IMG/VR virus record: IMGVR_UViG_3300034152_001126
Coordinates: 1-24,969 of that record
Direction: 5' to 3' (one strand)
Source of the DNA: a virus
Taxonomy: Duplodnaviria > Caudoviricetes
DNA: 24,969 bases
Positions 8,963 through 16,100 of this stretch are shown piece after piece (the stretch's first letter is position 1; each line of letters opens with the position of its first letter). The position numbers and the translations under genes were made by a program. Under the pieces are notes generated by a model that worked only from the letters and a program-made list of their open reading frames with translations, was not told the origin of the DNA and searched no databases.

Positions 8963-9016
8963 AAACTTGGACATTTTTAACCAAACTTGGAGAACTTGGT
9001 AAAAATGTCCAAGTTT
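8963..9016. repeat. 17-bp perfect inverted repeat containing four AACTTGG copies
   Basis: AAACTTGGACATTTTTA 8963-8979 pairs with TAAAAATGTCCAAGTTT 9000-9016. AACTTGG occurs at 8964, 8984 and 8993, and inverted at 9009-9015. Confidence 0.9.
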
Positions 9017-9032
9017 GAGGGAACGGTAAGAT

Positions 9033-11021
9033 ATGGAAGAAACTAACGATCAGGTTAAGAAATGGCTAGCTGAACACGCTGATCAGTTAGAGCCAGAAGA
9101 AATAATACCCGAAGTTGAGAAGCAAAAACTACTTAATGGTAGTTGGCCTCAACCCAGTGAAGTAGAAAACTTAGGCGTATTCGTTGGTATAAAGGACCCT
9201 GATGGATTTAACGAAATTATAGGTAACCCAGATAATTGGCCTGTCATACTGACCAGGCCAAATCTTTTTGAAAAATGGGTTTTGCCATATGCTGTACTAC
9301 ATTTTGGAAAATTGTGGTTCGATAGGGTCAAGAGGCAGGCTTCAATTTCCAGAGGAGTTCCGTTTCCTTTGTTTTCTGAGGAAGAAAGACACGGAAACAT
9401 AGAAAATACGCCATCTGGTAAAGCCAAAATTGCAAAAATTGTAGAAAAAATATCTGTAGTATTGCGAACCTATTTAGAGGGTAAGTGGTATGATGGTACG
9501 AGAAAAAACCCCAGTGGATATATTATAGAGTCTTTAAGAAATAAGTTTGTTAAAGAACTGGGTGTTGATATGGGCTATAAGTTTAAGGTCGCTTTAGCAT
9601 GTCCGTATTGTCTAACATCAACTCCTTCTGCAAAAGTAGTCTTAGATAGTCACCCATATAGAATGTATTCCTGCTCACGGTGTGAGGCAGCGGCTAAGAA
9701 TCTTTTTTTAGAGGTTGAAGCCCTAAAAGAGAAGAACAGCCCAGATCTTAATAGAATAAAAGACATGATGGAGAGAAGGAAAGCTTTCGAAAAGTTTTTG
9801 GGAATTACATGTATCTGTCCGTCTGATGATTGTGCTGGGCGCTTTGTTCCTCTTACATGTGTGGATAGTTCACGTCTGGGCAAAAGATACGTAAAAGGCG
9901 CACTTAAAAATCTGAGTATTAGCAAAAATACTCAAATATTTTGTAGGCCGCCTCCAACTTTATTAGATTTCCCCTTGACGTGCCCGTATTGTGGTACTAA
10001 GTTTACTCCTAGGAAAGCACTTCGAATGGCTTCTGGATTTAAGGGAAAATCTGGCCATTTCACGGGTCTTCCGTCCATAAGGGTTTGGGTTAAAAAAGAA
10101 GAAGCTATTTTAGATGAGCCTAAAATGATGAGAGATGGGTCTTTTTCTGGCACCTCTAAAGATGCGATAGCAGCTACACCAGATTATTCTGATAATCAAA
10201 TAGTTATAAAGCAAAGACTAAATTTACTTATTGGTGAAATTATAATACACATGAGCAGGGCAAATAAAAATACTGTGGCTGGACTTTCCACCTGGTATTT
10301 TCTATTAGCTACACTTCATTGGATTTCAAAGTATCCAGACGATGCCCATAACTATCTTTTTAACTGGAAGGAAAAGGAGCGAGATCTTACGGAACTGGAA
10401 AAAGCCAGATATCCAGGTCAAACCAAGAGGAAAGTGGTCACAAAGACAAGAGGTGTTGAGGCTGCCGTGCACCAAGCAATATTTCATGAGTGGATAAAAG
10501 TATTAGAAGATAATATTGCAGAATTTACCGAACTAGACCGCAAAATCCGTTCCCTTAAAGATTTTAGATGGTTTGCCAGATGCCCTAGCTTTTCTGGGGG
10601 ACCTGAAACCATATTTTATACAGTTGTTGATAGTGGTAGTAAGATCCCCAATCAAACTCCTATTAGAAAACGTGGATCAAAGAAAATTCCTCGTTTGGCT
10701 AAAATTTGCTCCATACGTTTAGATGGGAAAGAGTGTATACAGGATATGGAATCCAGCGAATGGCAGGCTATTAAATTAAAGCCTGATGCTAAATTAAAAA
10801 CCGGAGATAAGGTTTTAGTAGAGGCTTTAGTGATGTCTAGCCATCCCACTCATGCGCCAATACAACGCATTTTGCGTTTAAGATCCATGCTTTTAAAGGA
10901 TATTATAAACAAGATTTTGTTAGAGGAAAGAACAGGCCAGACTAATAAAGAGTTCTGGCAAATTTGGAAAAGAAGAGTTAAAAATGCTAGGAAAAAGACT
11001 GGCATTACTTTTGCGCTATAG
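9033..11021 (+). CDS. Large hypothetical protein with multiple Cys pairs (zinc ribbons) and a possible sigma region 2-like segment
   Basis: 662-aa ORF with CPYC, CSRC, CICPSDDC and a second CPYC. Basic composition; no family recognised. Confidence 0.75.
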   Translation: MEETNDQVKKWLAEHADQLEPEEIIPEVEKQKLLNGSWPQPSEVENLGVFVGIKDPDGFNEIIGNPDNWPVILTRPNLFEKWVLPYAVLHFGKLWFDRVKRQASISRGVPFPLFSEEERHGNIENTPSGKAKIAKIVEKISVVLRTYLEGKWYDGTRKNPSGYIIESLRNKFVKELGVDMGYKFKVALACPYCLTSTPSAKVVLDSHPYRMYSCSRCEAAAKNLFLEVEALKEKNSPDLNRIKDMMERRKAFEKFLGITCICPSDDCAGRFVPLTCVDSSRLGKRYVKGALKNLSISKNTQIFCRPPPTLLDFPLTCPYCGTKFTPRKALRMASGFKGKSGHFTGLPSIRVWVKKEEAILDEPKMMRDGSFSGTSKDAIAATPDYSDNQIVIKQRLNLLIGEIIIHMSRANKNTVAGLSTWYFLLATLHWISKYPDDAHNYLFNWKEKERDLTELEKARYPGQTKRKVVTKTRGVEAAVHQAIFHEWIKVLEDNIAEFTELDRKIRSLKDFRWFARCPSFSGGPETIFYTVVDSGSKIPNQTPIRKRGSKKIPRLAKICSIRLDGKECIQDMESSEWQAIKLKPDAKLKTGDKVLVEALVMSSHPTHAPIQRILRLRSMLLKDIINKILLEERTGQTNKEFWQIWKRRVKNARKKTGITFAL

Positions 11022-11029
11022 GAGCAAGA

Positions 11030-12406
11030 ATGACTAAAAAGAAACGTAAGAAGAGAAAAAAGTCTTCACCGCCAACAAAGATACAAACCACTCCCGTGAG
11101 CGAAACAAATACGGAAGAATGGCATCATGTTGTCACCATGGAAGATTTGGGCGGCCTTAAGAGAAAGCTTAATGTGGTATATGATACTACGGCGGTTCAA
11201 ATGGCTTTGGACAAGTCATGTGAACTTATAGGAAAAAGGGTTCAAATAAAGGGTTATCGCAGGGGTAAAGCCCCTAAGCCTTTAGTAGAATCGTACTGCC
11301 GAGAGGAAATTGAGAAATCGGCCTCTTCTTTACTTACTCAAGAAGGGTTTCTGCACGCATGTTTTGAGCAGAAAATTCAGCCACTTGGCGAGCCTAAGAC
11401 GGAAAACGCTGAATTTCATATCGACGGCACATTTAGTTGCGATATTATCCTAGATATTAAGCCTACTATTGAGGCTACGGGATACGTTGGACTACAACTA
11501 ACCAAGCCAAAAATAGATAGAGAGGAACTTCTAAACAAAATCCTCGATGAGGCTAAAACTGAACACGCCGTAGAAAAGCCGCTTGAAGAGGTTAAGATAG
11601 GCTCGGTTGTTTCCTTGGATTTTACTGTGGTCGGAGAAGATGGAGAGCAAATTACCGATGGAAAAGACCACCATTTTATGGTAAATGAGGGTCAGGAGCC
11701 TCCTTTTGGCGAAAACCTAGTTGGTAAGGCTGTTGGTGAAAACTTTACTGAAAGTGTAACCTTGCCAGAGGCAATGGAAGAACATGGTGGAAAGCCAGCC
11801 AGTGTAAATATCACAGTAAAGAATGTATTTGAGAAAGTTCCTCCCAAGGATGAAGAGTTGGTCAAATCTATGCAAGCTCCATCATATGATGAGCTTATGG
11901 AAACTTTCAAGAAGCGTGCTGAGTATGAGGCATCAGTGAAAGAAAGTCAAGCAGTAGAGGAGGAAGTTGTTAATAAGTTGCTCGAACTTCATACTTTTGA
12001 TGCTCCAGCAGAGTGGGTAAATGATGAAGAAAAATATATGTTTGCCCAATTGGGACTTCAGGGGGATGTAGATGAGAACATTAAGGGTCATATTAGGCAA
12101 ATGGCTGAACGAAATGTAAAAAGAACATTTGTGTTGGAAGCCGTATATGATGCTGAACCTGGATTAAAGATAACTCCTGAAGAATTTGAGGCTTGGCTAG
12201 AAAAGGAAGCCGAGCACAAGCAGATAAGTCCAGCTGTCCTTAAGAAGGATTTAAAAGAACAAAACATGCTTGATGGAGTTATGGGCCTAATAAAGCATCG
12301 AAAAGTTATGGACTTTATAGTTAGTCAGGCTCAGATTACTGTAGAGGGCGAAGAACCTCAAACATTAGAGGAGCCATATGAGATCCCAGAGGATCCACTA
12401 GGATAA
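11030..12406 (+). CDS. tig: Trigger factor (ribosome-associated chaperone/PPIase)
   Basis: Ribosome-binding signature IKGYRRGKAP (GFRxGxxP-type), FKBP-like middle region (GSVVSLDF...F.ENLVG..VGE), helical C-domain, 458 aa. SD AGGAG. Confidence 0.9.
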   Translation: MTKKKRKKRKKSSPPTKIQTTPVSETNTEEWHHVVTMEDLGGLKRKLNVVYDTTAVQMALDKSCELIGKRVQIKGYRRGKAPKPLVESYCREEIEKSASSLLTQEGFLHACFEQKIQPLGEPKTENAEFHIDGTFSCDIILDIKPTIEATGYVGLQLTKPKIDREELLNKILDEAKTEHAVEKPLEEVKIGSVVSLDFTVVGEDGEQITDGKDHHFMVNEGQEPPFGENLVGKAVGENFTESVTLPEAMEEHGGKPASVNITVKNVFEKVPPKDEELVKSMQAPSYDELMETFKKRAEYEASVKESQAVEEEVVNKLLELHTFDAPAEWVNDEEKYMFAQLGLQGDVDENIKGHIRQMAERNVKRTFVLEAVYDAEPGLKITPEEFEAWLEKEAEHKQISPAVLKKDLKEQNMLDGVMGLIKHRKVMDFIVSQAQITVEGEEPQTLEEPYEIPEDPLG

Positions 12407-12416
12407 GGAGTTAAAA

Positions 12417-12803
12417 ATGGCTGTTAGAGTAGTTCAAGGATTTGGAATTGTTAGCTTTACCTGTAAAGAAGAAAAGGTTAAGGTTACGTTAAGTGGAAGT
12501 AAAGATGATATTAGAGCAGGAGAGGGTGATATTGCCGATGTGTTAGAGTCACTAGAGTTACACTCTACGGCGGCTGATACGTCGGCGGTAAGTGTTGCTT
12601 TAAGAAACTCAGCAGATGCTGAGCAGTCTACATCTTACGAATTTACAGTTGCTAGCTTTGGAGTCAAACAAGACGAGATTAAAATGGTACTTCAAGCACA
12701 AACTTCTGATGTAGGTATGTCTGTTCTTGGAGCGCTTGGTACCCATGCTGCCGCAGAAGGAGAGCAAAGGCTCGTAGAGCTTACGATGCAACGACCTGAC
12801 TGA
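12417..12803 (+). CDS. Hypothetical protein built from two ~60-aa repeats
   Basis: SD AAGGAG. Internal similarity: FGIVSFTCKEEKVKVTL vs FTVASFGVKQDEIKMVL, and DVLESLELH vs SVLGALGTH. Confidence 0.75.
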   Translation: MAVRVVQGFGIVSFTCKEEKVKVTLSGSKDDIRAGEGDIADVLESLELHSTAADTSAVSVALRNSADAEQSTSYEFTVASFGVKQDEIKMVLQAQTSDVGMSVLGALGTHAAAEGEQRLVELTMQRPD

Positions 12804-13129
12804 TGGATATTACCACACCTAAATTAAAAAAATACGGTATTACACGTAGGAGTACGAAAAACTGTCAATGTAGTCAGAACGCATTTGTCTACCTAATTCC
12901 AGTAAAATTGGATGAAAGGGTGGTGAAGTTTATTGAACACATAGGAAAGCCTGCTTTCGATTTTAAAAAAACTTCCATTCTTAAAATAGAAAATCCAACT
13001 CTTATTATATCAGGGATTAGAAGGCTACGAGAAATAAGACTTACATTGAAGAAAAATGTGAAAGGCGTTATAGATATTTTCGAAGACGCAATTATTAAGT
13101 ATATAGAAAGTTTTAAGGAGAAAGAATGA
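12803..13129 (+). CDS. Hypothetical protein
   Basis: 108-aa ORF coupled on both sides (TGATG upstream, ATGA with dnaE). Confidence 0.7.
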   Translation: MDITTPKLKKYGITRRSTKNCQCSQNAFVYLIPVKLDERVVKFIEHIGKPAFDFKKTSILKIENPTLIISGIRRLREIRLTLKKNVKGVIDIFEDAIIKYIESFKEKE

Positions 13130-16100
13130 GGGACTTTGTACATCTACATGCCCACACTAATCTTGGGTCCATGTTAGATGCCCTTCAGAGTGTAGACGAT
13201 CTGTTCGATTTAGTTAACCTAAAAGGGCAAAAAGCATTGGCAATCACGGATCATGGGACTCTGGCCGCGCTCTTTGATGCATACAAAGCATATAAAAGAA
13301 CTGGTGTTAAGTTTATACCAGGCTGCGAGGCTTATTTTGTCCACTCATATGATATTATTGAGCCAAAAAAAGGTGAAAAAGGTAGGAAAAAGACCGAGAA
13401 ACGTAAGCATATGGTGTTGTTAGCTCAGAATGAAACTGGCTATAAAAACCTGCTTAAGATTAATTATCTAGGATTTCATCACTTTGTTGTTAGCATGGGC
13501 AGAGTTTTTCCAAGAATTAGTTGGGAGATTCTCGAAGAATATAATGAGGGAATTATTGCCATGTCTGCCTGTGCTAATGGAATATTGGCAGAACCCATTT
13601 TCCAGGATGATTATAAAAAAGCGGTGGAATATGCTAAACGTTTCGCTGATATTTTCAAAGGAAGGTTTTATTTAGAAATTCAACCACATGCCCTTGAAGA
13701 TGACAGACTTAGCCAGGTAAAGCTCAACAACCAACTAATCAAGATGTCCAAAGAGCTAGATTTGCCTTTGGTAACTGCGGTTGATGCGCATTATCTTACG
13801 AAATCCGATGCGACTGTACATGATGTGCTGATGGCTATTAATGCTAAAAAGCCTGTGGACGATCCAGATCGACATCGCTATGGTATAAATGAGTTTTATG
13901 TGAAAGATGGAGACGAAGTATATGACTTTCTTGCTAAATTTCACGGTGAAGAGGCAGCTGAAGAGGCCGTATCCAACACGGTAAAAATAGCAGATATGAT
14001 AGAGCCACCAGACTATATGGAATCTAAGGGTAACCATTTGCCTGTGTTTGACCCATCTAAAGAGCCAGACTACAAAGAATTTTTAGAATGGCGCGAGAAA
14101 TCGCACACTCCAGAAAATTTACCAATGGATAAAGCCTATATGAGGTTCCATATTATTGATGGCTTTAAAAGGAAGTTTGGACATCTTGGTCCTGCCGAGA
14201 GAAAAGAAAGGTGGGATCGTGTCAAAAATGAACTCAAAATATTGGAAGGCAATAATTTTTCATCATATATGTTGATTACAGCAGATATGATTAAATGGGC
14301 TAAGAAGAACGATATTCTTGTTGGCATTGGACGAGGGTGTTTATCCGGAGACACTATGGTTTTTACCAGCGATGGGTTCAAAAGGTTAGATAAAATAGTA
14401 AAAGGCGATGTTGTCTTAACCCACAAAGGTAGGTTTAGATCTGTTAAAGATACATTTAAATATGATGTTTCAAATGAAGATTTAGTTCAGGTAAGAACGG
14501 ATTACTCGTTTGGTCCAATTACATTAACAAATGATCACGAGGTTTATGGGACTAAAAAGCGCAAAACAAAATCGTATCAGCAATATTTAAATAATAACTG
14601 GAAGCCGCCATTTAAAAGAAGAAAATATTTTGTTAAAAATGATCCATCATTTGTGGCCATTTCTGAACTGAATAAGGATGATTTTATATTTATGCCTTTT
14701 CCTGACAGGCCAGATCATGATATAGAAAGTTTAGATTTGGGAGAGTATTGTGGTCCTAATGATATACTTGATGGTAATAATATTATATCTATGATCCCAC
14801 TAACAAATAATCTCTCTATTGGGGAGATTAGTAAAAAAACGGGTCTATCAAGAAACGCTGTACAAAGGGCTAAAAGAAATAATAAAATTTTAGTGAAGAC
14901 AAGACTTGTTATTTCTGATTATTTAGCCCAATCTGGTGTGTCTTTCGACGATTGGCAAAACAGCACAAACACAGAGAACAGAGAGATTGGCAGATATTTA
15001 GAAATTGATGAAGATTTTTGTTATATGATAGGAAGGTGGATTGGAGATGGCTGGATACATGATAAAAACCAGTCATATAGTATAGGGTTCGCATTTCATA
15101 GAGACGATGTAAGTGGAAAAGAAAAACTATTTAATTATTTTAGTGAGTTGGGGTTTAAATGTACTATTGCTCCACATAAAGAAAAAAAAATAGACCAACT
15201 ATATGTATATAGTTATATTTTAGCTAAACTTTTTAGAGATCTTTTCCCGAGTTATCAAGACACATCAAGTACTAAATCATTCGGTATTTTTTCTGGGTTG
15301 CCGTCTAACAAAACAAAACAAATTATAATGGGAATTAAACATTCAGATGGCCATTATAACATAGAAAGAGACAAGCGTGAAAATATTGACTCTACAAGCA
15401 TTAATCTTATTAATAATATTAGACAGGAACTACTGTATTTAAAAATACCCAGCAGTGTTTCAATAAGAAAAAGCTACAAATATGGAGAGTATGTTTGTAA
15501 AAAATCTTATAAATTGCGATTTAGAGGTATCGAGGGAGAGTTATCAAATAGAATTGATCACCGTATTTTTGAAAATGGATATTATGTTACAATTTTAGAT
15601 AAAAAGCAAATCAAAAAAGACTTTGTATATGATATTCACGTAGATGAGGACAAGTCCTATGTGACACAAAATTATGCTGTACACAATAGTGTCGGCGGAA
15701 GTTTAATTGCTCATCTGTTAGGTATTCACAACGTAGATCCTCTTGAGTATGGATTATTATTTGAGAGATTCCAGAATGCATATAAAACAGATCTCCCAGA
15801 TATAGATACAGATTTCACATCTAACGGCCGAGACAATGTTCAGGAATATGTAAGAGAAAAGTATGGCCGAGATAACTGTGCCCAGGTATCGAATATTAAC
15901 ACCTATACTCCCAAAAATGTGATCCCAGATCTTGTTAAATCTATGAGAAATGTAATGCCAGGTTTAATTCCAGAGGGAGCCTATTATGTAAAAATCGCAG
16001 AGGCTATTAAGGCTGCCATTCCAGATCAAGATCCTGACGGCAATAAGGTAAAGACTCTTGAGCGTGCTATGGAACTTTCTCCTAAATTACGTGATTTTGC

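Noticed and set aside
13484-13675. 63-aa +1-frame ORF inside dnaE
   Set aside because: Short, TTG start, no SD or domain. Within chance expectation, unlike the 273-aa nested gene.
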